Of a DNA stretch of 48,142 nt, positions 34,868-43,334 are shown one piece after another (the first letter of the stretch is position 1; every line of letters starts with the position of its first letter). The DNA is from a virus (taxonomy: Duplodnaviria > Caudoviricetes): IMG/VR virus record IMGVR_UViG_3300031949_000061, positions 1 through 48,142 of that record. The stretch is one strand, 5' to 3'. The notes beneath the pieces were generated by a model. It did not search any database and was not told where the DNA came from. It saw nothing but the letters and a program-made list of their open reading frames with translations. Both the position numbers and the translations under genes were made by a program.

Positions 34868-35064
34868 TTAACTATTATGAGTTCGAGTGGAAGTGCGGCG
34901 AGTGCATGGGAGGCCCGGATGGTTATGAGCATGAGCCCGAGGGTTGCACGGTCTGTGGGTATACAGGGGTGCAGGCTGTGGGGGCGACGGAGTTGAACCA
35001 CGATGTCCGGGTGGAATTGTTTGGGACAGTCATTCCCGGGCCAGGATCATTTAAGAGATATTGA
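34864..35064 (+). CDS. Small Zn-finger protein (family B)
   Basis: WKCGEC...GCTVCGYTGVQAVGATELNH. Confidence 0.7.
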   Translation: MINYYEFEWKCGECMGGPDGYEHEPEGCTVCGYTGVQAVGATELNHDVRVELFGTVIPGPGSFKRY

Positions 35065-35119
35065 TGACCATCTATGAGATCTTACATAGATCTAACTGTA
35101 GTGTGAGAGTCGCGCTCCG

Positions 35120-35153
35120 AGGTGATTTGTGCAAATGGCACGATCACCTTTTT
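35120..35153 (+). terminator. Intrinsic terminator ending the Zn-finger operon
   Basis: AGGTGATTTGTGC-AAATG-GCACGATCACCT followed by TTTT. Confidence 0.65.
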
Positions 35154-35446
35154 CATTTTATGTGGCAAATTGTGCCTCCTTTTCAGGCAAAAGTTTAGAG
35201 TCGGTTACGGTATACTGATATATTTGATACGAAACAGGGGCGCGCAGGTGGCACCCCCCTTTGGAGTTGCCGGCTCATGCGTAGGCAACTTGCGCGTGAT
35301 TTGCCTACTAACTGCGTGAAAATGGGCCGTAGTTGCGTATGGAAGGCTCCGTTATCACTGGATAACACTCCCCGCGGGAATGAAATGAGGCTGGAAATGT
35401 GAAACTCCACTCGAATTTCCCCCCGGGGATAGCGCGCAGGGCGTTG

Positions 35447-35501
35447 TGTTCCGTTTGGAACACTTGTCCCACTATCGGGACTAACTGTTCCGTTTGGAAC
35501 A
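35447..35501. repeat. Three tandem palindromes (two identical TGTTCCGTTTGGAACA flanking TGTCCCACTATCGGGACT)
   Basis: Read directly at 35447-35462, 35465-35482 and 35486-35501. Confidence 0.85.
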
Positions 35502-35812
35502 CTTACACATTACCTTGCAAGAACCATGCCAACCCCTCGGCTGCGCCTCGGGGTAGCGGTAGCAGCACTACGTTACTATACCTGCGTCGTCCAGTATTTG
35601 TTCAATCTTCCTGCCATATGCTAATCTATCTATTTCCAGTGTTCCTATAGCATTCTACATATAGCGCAAATCGAAATGCAAGGATCGTGCCAAACCCTCC
35701 CGCTGGCTTGGCACACTCTTTGCCCGCTGCTAGCATTTGGCCTCTCACCCACACGCAACTCTCCCCGTGGGGGTTGCGTGTGGGCTGCTACTGTTCTGCT
35801 AGCATATGAAGT

Positions 35813-37036
35813 GCAACTATTCTCCTAACCCCTTGATATTGTTCATCTTTTCGTCTGCTTGTTTCCCGGGCTGTTAGGGGGTGGATTTCTCTCGGGATGG
35901 GTTAGGGTGAGGGGGCATCTATTTTATGGCCCTATATGGTCGGCGCTGGATTCCCTTTTATTATCGCGTGGTTATACGGGATGCTGCCCGCTTGCTTCTA
36001 GCATATGATGCGCAAGCACCCGCGGGGAGGAGTTGCGTACTCGCTGCTAGAACCTGCTAGCATCTGCCGGTCGTTGCACTTTATTTGCCTATCCGTTGCA
36101 CTTGGCACGCCTCTTGCTATTGCAATCTCCGTGCCATCCTGCGCTTGCAAATATCATGCCAACCCTGATTATGGTATTTGTTCAATGTTCCGCTGTGTGT
36201 GCAAATCCGAAGCAAGGATCGTGCCAAATGGGAAATGTTCAATGATTACGCGGGGTTAGGCTGTGGAGTTGCCTACTCATGCGCTAGCATTCCCCGCGGG
36301 GGGTGGCTGCTCTCCCCCGGGGGCGGCAACTTCGGTCCACGGATGCGCAGAGAATGCGCAACTATTGCTCTAAGCTATTGATTCTGCTAGCCTATTAGAC
36401 TTGCCTATTGCTTGCATGCTTGCTGCTAGCAACTCTTCGTCTAAGTGATTGATATTGTTCATCTTTTCGGTCGTCTTCGTAGGTTGGCTTATAGGGGCAC
36501 TTCTCGGGGGGTCTGGAGGCTGATACCGGAAAATATTAGAAAGCCGGTCCAGCGCTGGTTTATGCGTCGCCGAAAATCTTAGCATCGGCCACTACTTAGC
36601 GGGATTCTCGCCTGATACCCTCGCGCATTCTGCTAGCAGACTGTACGCGGTAGGGGGTTCAGGAGCCGGCAATCTGCGCATGATTTGCTAGCAGCTAATG
36701 CGCATCTATTCGGCTAACCTATTGATTTCATTAGGGATTATCACCAACCGGCAACCAATGTGAAGCAACTCCTGTGCAGGGAGGGTTACTTAGGGTTCAT
36801 CTGCGCATCACCAGCCGGCAACCCACCGGCAGCGGGTTTGTCCCCGTGGGGACTGGGGATTTGCGTAGTATGTAGTTTATTTCCACTATAATGTGCATCT
36901 AATGTGCAACTATCCTCATAACCCATTGATTATATTGAGGAATCTGGCTCGGGGAAATAGTGGAAACAAACTATCCTACTTGCCTACTCCCTGCCGCACG
37001 CATCTAATGTGCAACAATCGCCGTAACCCATTGTAA
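35813..37036 (+). promoter_or_regulatory. Six co-oriented composite GCAWCW-N7-IHF-like sites
   Basis: GCAWCW-N7-TAA-N4-TTGAT at 35813, 36358, 36429, 36702, 36906 and (TTGTA variant) 37011; TAA-N4-TTGATW is the reverse of the IHF consensus WATCAA-N4-TTR. Confidence 0.8.
36873..36973. repeat. 17-bp inverted repeat bracketing an IHF-like site
   Basis: TAGTTTATTTCCACTAT (36873-36889) and ATAGTGGAAACAAACTA (36957-36973), one mismatch. Confidence 0.8.
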
Positions 37037-37131
37037 TCATTGAGCAAATCCGATTTGGTGCGGGGTTGGCACGTGGGTTGCACTGTATGGGGGCAGGTTC
37101 GGACGCGGCGCGGGCCGCGGGAGGTTCGGTA

Positions 37132-37728
37132 ATGCTGACTCTTCGGGAAACGCGGGCGGCAGCGGCAGCGGGATTTATCCCTGCTCGCGGTACCGTGGCG
37201 CTCGCCGCGGGCCGCGGGGACGCGGTACTTTTCCTCGCATCGGTCCCCGCCCAGCGGGGCACCTATCGCCTTCGGGTCGGCGTCACGTTCGCGGCGCTTG
37301 AAAAGCGCGCGCATGGTACCCCTACTCGTCGCTGCTCGGCCGGACACTGGGAGCGCGTCGCCCGCTACTCGCGCAGTCTTTCCTTCGCCGTTATCGTGCG
37401 CCGCGCTGCCGCGGCAGCACTTGAGGCATCGGGAGCGGGTGCCGCGGTGGGTGGGTTCTTAGGTGTGGTGGGTTACGCTCGCGGTGGGTCGGAGGGGTGC
37501 CATACCCTTGCACACTCAAACTCGGCGACTCCCACCCTCGGGAGCGGGTCGGCCGGCCGGGGCCGCGTTGGGCGCAGCCTCCCGGGCTCGCTCGGCGTAT
37601 TTGGCTACGCCCCGGCAAACGGTCGCCGCGTGCCGACTCACTCCCCGGGGAAGATCCGGGCGGCCGTGCGGAGGGAGCGGGCTCACCTCGCATCGCAGGA
37701 ATACCGGAATACGCGGGGCGGCAAGTAA
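37132..37728 (+). CDS. Very GC-rich, Ala/Gly/Arg-rich hypothetical protein behind the last sigma54 site
   Basis: GGGAGG RBS before ATG 37132; 198 aa open frame; no recognisable domain. Confidence 0.5.
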   Translation: MLTLRETRAAAAAGFIPARGTVALAAGRGDAVLFLASVPAQRGTYRLRVGVTFAALEKRAHGTPTRRCSAGHWERVARYSRSLSFAVIVRRAAAAALEASGAGAAVGGFLGVVGYARGGSEGCHTLAHSNSATPTLGSGSAGRGRVGRSLPGSLGVFGYAPANGRRVPTHSPGKIRAAVRRERAHLASQEYRNTRGGK

Positions 37729-37770
37729 AGTGCAAATCCGCCGGAGGTGCGCGTGCATCTAACCGGCAAC

Positions 37771-37799
37771 TTGACGGCAGCGGGGAAGTTTGCTAAGCT
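37771..37799 (+). promoter_or_regulatory. Early sigma70-type promoter
   Basis: TTGACG-N17-TAAGCT, preceded by AACCGGCAAC. Confidence 0.65.
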
Positions 37800-37826
37800 T
37801 CCTACATGGCGACGGGAGGCGACGAG

Positions 37827-38012
37827 ATGAAGGCGAAAGCGGCAGCGGGTTGCGCGAAATGCGGACGCGGAATCGAGCGGGGCCGTGCGGTGTGCATGGT
37901 CGAAGGCTATGCGCAGCATCTCGCGGGTGATTGCACTCCGCAACGGGGATTGCCCTCGCTGCTGACCGATGCGGAATACGAGCGGCTTGACAGTCTCGGC
38001 GAAGTGCGCTAG
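37827..38012 (+). CDS. Small Zn-binding protein
   Basis: MKAKAAAGCAKCG...H...C; GGAGG RBS. Confidence 0.6.
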   Translation: MKAKAAAGCAKCGRGIERGRAVCMVEGYAQHLAGDCTPQRGLPSLLTDAEYERLDSLGEVR

Positions 38013-38015
38013 ACT
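37987..38015 (+). promoter_or_regulatory. Early sigma70-type promoter
   Basis: TTGACA-N17-TAGACT. Confidence 0.75.
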
Positions 38016-38056
38016 GTCTCAACATGGGGCAAGCACCCCAAAGGGAGAAACGGACA

Positions 38057-38560
38057 ATGGCGGAGGAACGGACGTTCACGGGCTCGCGTAAGGGAGTGCC
38101 GTTCACGGTCGAAACGACTATGAATGATGCGGAGTGCCTCGCGCACCTCGCGACAATCCCGGGGAAGTTCTCCGAGGATTGCGCGTTCGAGATTGGCAAG
38201 CTCAAGCACGCGGGATTGCGTTCAAAGGAAACGCTCGTCGCGTGGGGTTTCAAGCTCGCCGAGGAGAAGGCGAACCCTCCGAAGGGGGTCACGTTCGACC
38301 CGAAGGTAATCGGCAAGTTCATCGCGGCACGTCGCCCGCTGCGGTTCGAGCGCGACGGTCTGCGGTTCGAGGTGGGGTTCTGCGGTCCCGCGTCGAAGCA
38401 GTCGGGGAGCTATCGCATCACCAACGGCGAGAGGTACGGGAGCCCCTATCAGGCATTCTACGGCTACATTACCCCCGCGGGGGAGTGGAAGCCCACGCGC
38501 GCCGCCACGCCCGAGGTGGTCAACGCCGTGGTGTCGATGCTTTCGAGTCTCGGCCAGTAG
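38057..38560 (+). CDS. Early hypothetical protein
   Basis: GGGAG RBS, biased codon usage; C-terminal FYGYITPAGEW. Confidence 0.7.
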   Translation: MAEERTFTGSRKGVPFTVETTMNDAECLAHLATIPGKFSEDCAFEIGKLKHAGLRSKETLVAWGFKLAEEKANPPKGVTFDPKVIGKFIAARRPLRFERDGLRFEVGFCGPASKQSGSYRITNGERYGSPYQAFYGYITPAGEWKPTRAATPEVVNAVVSMLSSLGQ

Positions 38561-38641
38561 TGAAGTCTGGCCCCGCTTGAATGGGGCTTCGAGGCGGCAG
38601 AGTAACGGCTAAGAGTAGGCGAAAGCCCTCGTTATTCTGCC

Positions 38642-38683
38642 CCTTGACAAATAGGCTAGGGTGCGCTAGTCTATTTGTCAAGG
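38642..38683. promoter_or_regulatory. Palindromic, potentially bidirectional sigma70-type promoter
   Basis: CCTTGACAAATAGGCTAG-GGTGCG-CTAGTCTATTTGTCAAGG; TTGACA-N17-TAGTCT on +, TTGACA-N17-TAGCCT on -. Confidence 0.75.
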
Positions 38684-38689
38684 TAGCTA

Positions 38690-38849
38690 CTACAACTCTC
38701 GATATAGTTATGGCGTGACAAATAGCAGGGCCTAAACAACCCTCGGACAAATCACGCGCCCGAAAGGGAACACGCTAGGTATCTGGCGTCGAGAGTTGTA
38801 GGTTTCATCGCCAGTCGAGCCGGAAAATATCCGGGCAAATCGACCGGCG
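38690..38849 (+). ncRNA. Candidate structured RNA / leader
   Basis: 13-bp closing stem 38690-38702/38789-38801 around internal helices and a CCC-GAAA-GGG loop, then a second hairpin 38809-38849. Confidence 0.5.
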
Positions 38850-38872
38850 TGCAACAGTAGAGGTAGACTGCA

Positions 38873-40243
38873 ATGCGTTTCGTCAAGCGGCCCACCACGC
38901 GCGTCGAGGTGGCGCAGAAGTTCATCGCCTATTTCGTGGACAAGGCGACGGGAAAGCGTTTCAGCGTGACCGAGGGATTCAACCCTCGGAAGACCATCGA
39001 CCACCACCGCGAGAAGGCGTGCGCCCGGGCCACGATGGAGTACGGGCAGCAGTCGGTGCGCTTCCTTTCTTGCGAGGTGAAGTAAAATGACGGTGGACTT
39101 CAAGACTCTGCCGTCGCGCGCGAAGCGGCAGGCGATGGCCGAAGCGATGGACGCCTTGACGCACCGCGACGGGACCGGCTACTTCCCAGAGAAGCTTTCC
39201 CTCGGGGCGTGGGCGGTGCTCGTGGCGCTGGGGTTCGTGTAATGCTCAAGCGATATGTCGTGACCACGAGACACAGTGAAAGCCTCACAGTCTGGGCAGT
39301 CTGGGACACCGATACCGATATGGAATGTGTGGCATCCTTCAACAGTCAGCGAGGCGAGACGTTCGGCGATGCGTGGCAAGAGTGCTCCCGTCGCAACGTG
39401 ATCGAAGAGGAAACGAGAGACGCGAAAGATACCATCCTCCTGCGCGCATGGCGGGCGGATTGTCAAAGGGATTATTAGAATGAAGATCGAAGTTGCGCAC
39501 GAAGCAGGGTTCTGGTCAGTCTACGTCAACGGGCTGCGCATGGTGGACCGGGAGTCCTACTCGATTGCGAGCAGGGTAGCGGACGAGCTTCGCGAGCCCG
39601 GCTGTCACGCTCCGAGCGAGGCGACCGAAGTAGCGCGCTCGATTCGACTGTGGGAGAATCTCTAATGAGGGACGAGCGAGGCTACATAAACTGGCAGCGG
39701 GCCGAGGATTACGCGCGCAGCTTGGATAGCTACGCATTGTTCATGGCGATCCGCGATTGTCAGAATACACTGAAGCACGCGGACGAGAGGGATCGGCTGC
39801 ACTTTGCAGCGGGGCACACGACAAGCATTTCCGAGGGTGGATACTACCGGGATTGCATCTCCGTCTATCGGGGTGAGCTAAAGCGAAGGGAGCTACGATG
39901 AGTCAGCACTACAGCGACGAGTCACGCGAGGAGGAAACCTACTCGCTGCCCGACGTGGAAGTGTTCTACGTTGATACAGAGGAGGCGACTGAGAATGCCA
40001 CGGGCTCGGCGTGCGATGACGACGACGAGCGAGACTATCTGGTCCGAGAGGGGTGGTACTTCTGGCATTGCTTCCCCGGATGTATGCCCGACAGCGATCC
40101 GAGCGGCCCCTACGAAACGGAAGAGGCAGCAATCGCAGCGATGCGAGAGGAGAACGATGCTTGAGCGACTGTTCTGTTTGGGTATCACTGGCTGGGCAGT
40201 GTTCGAGGTGTTCCGATTCGTCCATTATCTACAGTGGCACTAG
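38873..40243 (+). CDS. Operon of seven small early hypothetical genes (38873-39085, 39087-39242, 39242-39478, 39480-39665, 39665-39901, 39898-40164, 40157-40243)
   Basis: Head-to-tail ORFs coupled by TAATG/ATGA; 39898-40164 carries a GWYFWHCFPGCMPDSDPSGPYETEEAA motif. Confidence 0.7.
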
Positions 40244-40336
40244 AAAAGTCAAGATGGCAGGGTAGGTGAAACACAAGCATATAGTAGAGTAAGTGGGCTA
40301 AGGGGCTCCACTCTACACCCTTCCCTACCCTGCCCC

Positions 40337-40365
40337 TTGACAGCTAGGGTTAGGTGTGGTAGACT
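40337..40365 (+). promoter_or_regulatory. Early sigma70-type promoter
   Basis: TTGACA-N17-TAGACT directly after a long hairpin. Confidence 0.75.
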
Positions 40366-40470
40366 GACCGCTATCGTGAATGGCATTAGCAAGGCGGATA
40401 CTCCGCACGATTTAGCACCGCTTCAGTCAGTCAACGCTACGGCTAATCCTAGCTGTGAAGGGAGAACGAG

Positions 40471-40929
40471 ATGGAGTTCAAAGGATGGAGCGGCGATCAG
40501 ATGCACCTCGCGCTGGCGAGGCTGACTGAAAAGACAAAGACAGGATTCCACTATACCGCCCGGATACCGCTGGGTGAGCAAGTCGAAGTTTGGAGCACGC
40601 GGTTGGTCCCCGATGCCGCAAGCAAGCGGAAAAAGGCGGACGATTTGTACCCCGCGGGGGTACTCGTGCGCAGCACGTTCAGCGGCAAGGGTACGGGGCG
40701 GCGACGAGCCTATGCGGCTTGCTACCATGCGCATGGACATTTCATGCGTGCATTGTTCGACATGAACCCGAACGGGCGTATTGTCACAGAGGTTGCGCGA
40801 TACAATGGCATGGAAGGGTTCAACGAGAATGCGCCCGTGGTGGGTTACATGAACCGAGGTTCCAGCGCGCAGCCCGAGCAGTATCGCGAGCTTTGCGATT
40901 GCTACGAGCACGGTTGCGAGAGGTTCTAA
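40471..40929 (+). CDS. Conserved-looking phage hypothetical protein
   Basis: AACYHAHGHF...LCDC, probable metal binding; GGGAG RBS. Confidence 0.7.
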   Translation: MEFKGWSGDQMHLALARLTEKTKTGFHYTARIPLGEQVEVWSTRLVPDAASKRKKADDLYPAGVLVRSTFSGKGTGRRRAYAACYHAHGHFMRALFDMNPNGRIVTEVARYNGMEGFNENAPVVGYMNRGSSAQPEQYRELCDCYEHGCERF

Positions 40930-42831
40930 TGCGTAGCATCGACGCGCGGGGCTACTTTGTGATGGGCAAGCATACGAGTGTGGCATGGTACCTCACTCGC
41001 GACGAAGCCGAACGGGTCGCAACTCAACTCAACTATCGGGGCGGCATCTGGTACACTGTGGAGGCATGCGAGTGATGCCGAAAGTTTGTCCTAACTGTGG
41101 GGCTGACTTCAAGGGTAACCCGATCCCTCAAGAGTACATCGACAAGGGATACTACGGCGAGGAAAAGTATTTCTCGCGGTGCATCGGGATCTACAGCGTG
41201 GACCGTGACTGTACCGTGGCGTGGCGATGCCCGGACTGCGGACACGAGTGGCCGAGGGAGTAATGAAAAACTATCTAGTCTGGACGAAAGATAACGCCCC
41301 GAAGGGCATCAAACTGAAGAAGAAGCAGCGCGTGCGCTGGGTGTTCGATGAACTTCACGAGACGGTGGGATCGTATGCCTACGATACCAAAGAGGAGACG
41401 AAGGCAGCCGAGGCTCTGGAGATTGAGGCGCTGAACAGTGGCGAGTGTGTGGCGCTGGGCGTCATCCTTGAACAAAGTTGCCGGTGTGGTAACTACGAAC
41501 ACGGCGATTCCTGCTGGGGTATCGTCATCGAGACGAACGAGCGGGCGCTTGTTGACTTCTACAAGGGTAGCGGATTCAGCTTCCCGAAGAGGGAAAAGAA
41601 GTATACCTACGCCGGTATCAAGAGGGGACTGAACAATGAGTAGGGATGTTTCAGAGAAGCTGGCAAGAGAAGCCGAGCGATGTTGGCTTGAAGGAATCAA
41701 TCTAATCAATCGCGGCACCAAACAGATGGAACGAGCGTTCAGTTTGATGAACAAAGTGGCCGACGAAAGTAAGGCACTGATCGAGGTGGAACAGTGACAA
41801 GGCGAGGTAACTTCCGAGAGCGTATCGAGCAGCGACAGCAGGAGGCAACGGAGCGGCAGGCAGCGCGCGAGAAGCGCGGCGATGTGGGGCAGCTTGACAG
41901 GCTTGACAGGCTGGGCTATACTGCCACTCGTGAGAGAGCACGTCTCGCAGGAAGGAGAGAGTAATGGAGAGATGGGAGAAAGAGTACCTTCACGCGCGAG
42001 CGGTGAGGGACGCGCAGGCAGAGACAATAGGATTGCCCGTTCCGCAGGACGAGAAGTACGGTACACTAACGGCCATTCCCAAGCTGTGGAACAGGTTCAA
42101 GGGCAAGGAGTTTCTGGAGAACCTTCGGATGAAGGGGCACTCCACGATGGACAAGCAACACTGCGTATGTAGCGAGGAGCGCACAGATATTGCGATCCTT
42201 CTGGAAGGTACATGACAGTAGACGAAGCGTTCGAGATCTTCAGTAACATGCTCGATGAGGTGTACAAGGCCATTGACGTTATCGATGCGCGGCTCAATGA
42301 GCTTGAGCAAGGAGAGAGCGATGAATAAGCGGGAGTATTGGTCAGACTGGCGATGGTTCTGCGAACAGTCCACCGTGACGCAGCTTGAGAACATTATTGC
42401 GAAGGAAAGGGATGCTGGCCGGCACGCCGAGGCAGAGATTGCTCAGGCTGTACTGGATGCGACGCAGCAGCAATGAAGTATACTGTCGCTTACGGTAACG
42501 CATTTGACGGGCTCCTCTTTGAAGGCGTATTCGATGATGCCGACACTGCCCTTCAATACGCCGAAAGATATGCCGGAGGTTACGGCGAGCAGTGGAATAT
42601 AGTGACCATCCGCGAGAGAGAAGACACTAATGGGCGAAGGGACGACTAGTAGTGACAATGACGAAATCGCAATCTGTTGAACGATACCGTGAGCTAGCCG
42701 AGAAGCTAGAGTCATGGGCACAGAACGAGGAGATGATCGACCAATACTTCCTTGACCACGGGAAGGATTGTCTCAAGGCAGCGGAGATTTGCAGGGCGTG
42801 TGCTGATGCGCTGGAAGGATTGACCAAATGA
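40929..42831 (+). CDS. Run of about ten small coupled early genes (including Zn-ribbon 41075-41263, 41263-41643, 41636-41797, 41794-41964, 41964-42215, 42321-42476)
   Basis: Continuous stop/start coupling; 41075-41263 has CPNC...CPDC; several are below the ORF-track size cut-off. Confidence 0.6.
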
Positions 42832-43334
42832 GGGTTGACGTTTACAGTCGCAAGCAAGTGGCTGTGCTTGAGCCCCGAAAGAATGTTTGGGTAATCTCTA
42901 TCCATACCCCGGGGGACGAGGCGACCCCGTTGGTCGATGGGTGGGAGAGTGTGCATCGCTTCTGTTTCAGCGACATTGCCGGCGATAGCGCCGAGATGAT
43001 GCTTTGGGCACAGGAGATACGAGAATCAGGGCACGAGGTGGTGTTCTTTTGCATCGACATGGCAATGGAGATCAGACATATTGTGCAACAAGCGCACAAG
43101 TTGGGCAAGGATCTAGTAGTCCATTGCGACGCAGGGGTATCACGTTCGCAGGCCATTGCGAGATGGACTCGGCAAGTGTTCAATGCCGATGTGGTGAGCC
43201 ACACTATCGGGACCGATCATCACGCCAATGGGCTGGTGTTGCGCCATCTCATGTGGCTTGCGTGGCAGGAAGCATTCAAGGATAGAGGTACGTTTAGCGT
43301 CGAGCATGACGATGACCATTGGAGTCAAGAGTGA
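42828..43334 (+). CDS. Protein-tyrosine/dual-specificity phosphatase-like protein
   Basis: VISI...FSD...VVHCDAGVSRS (intact CX5R motif). Confidence 0.85.
   Translation: MRVDVYSRKQVAVLEPRKNVWVISIHTPGDEATPLVDGWESVHRFCFSDIAGDSAEMMLWAQEIRESGHEVVFFCIDMAMEIRHIVQQAHKLGKDLVVHCDAGVSRSQAIARWTRQVFNADVVSHTIGTDHHANGLVLRHLMWLAWQEAFKDRGTFSVEHDDDHWSQE

Larger units (their letters stand above)
35516..37082. promoter_or_regulatory. Array of eight sigma54 (RpoN) -24/-12 consensus sites
   Basis: TGGCAY-N5-TTGC at 35516-35532(-), 35677-35693(-), 35708-35724(+), 36102-36118(+), 36121-36137(-), 36146-36162(-), 36211-36227(-), 37066-37082(+). Confidence 0.85.

Noticed and set aside
35447-35504. Mini-CRISPR (19-bp repeat, 20-bp spacer, repeat)
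   Set aside because: Only two short copies, the spacer is itself a related palindrome, and no cas genes or leader are present; better explained as protein-binding sites.
35122-37347. ORF-track calls inside the repeat block (e.g. 35399-35650, 36005-36259, 36370-36585)
   Set aside because: No RBS, no coupling, and sequence dominated by DNA motifs; treated as spurious.
41894-41922. TTGACA-N17-TATACT promoter match
   Set aside because: Lies inside a coupled small ORF (41794-41964, QLDRLDRLGY) and may be a coding coincidence; not listed as a feature, though it could be real.
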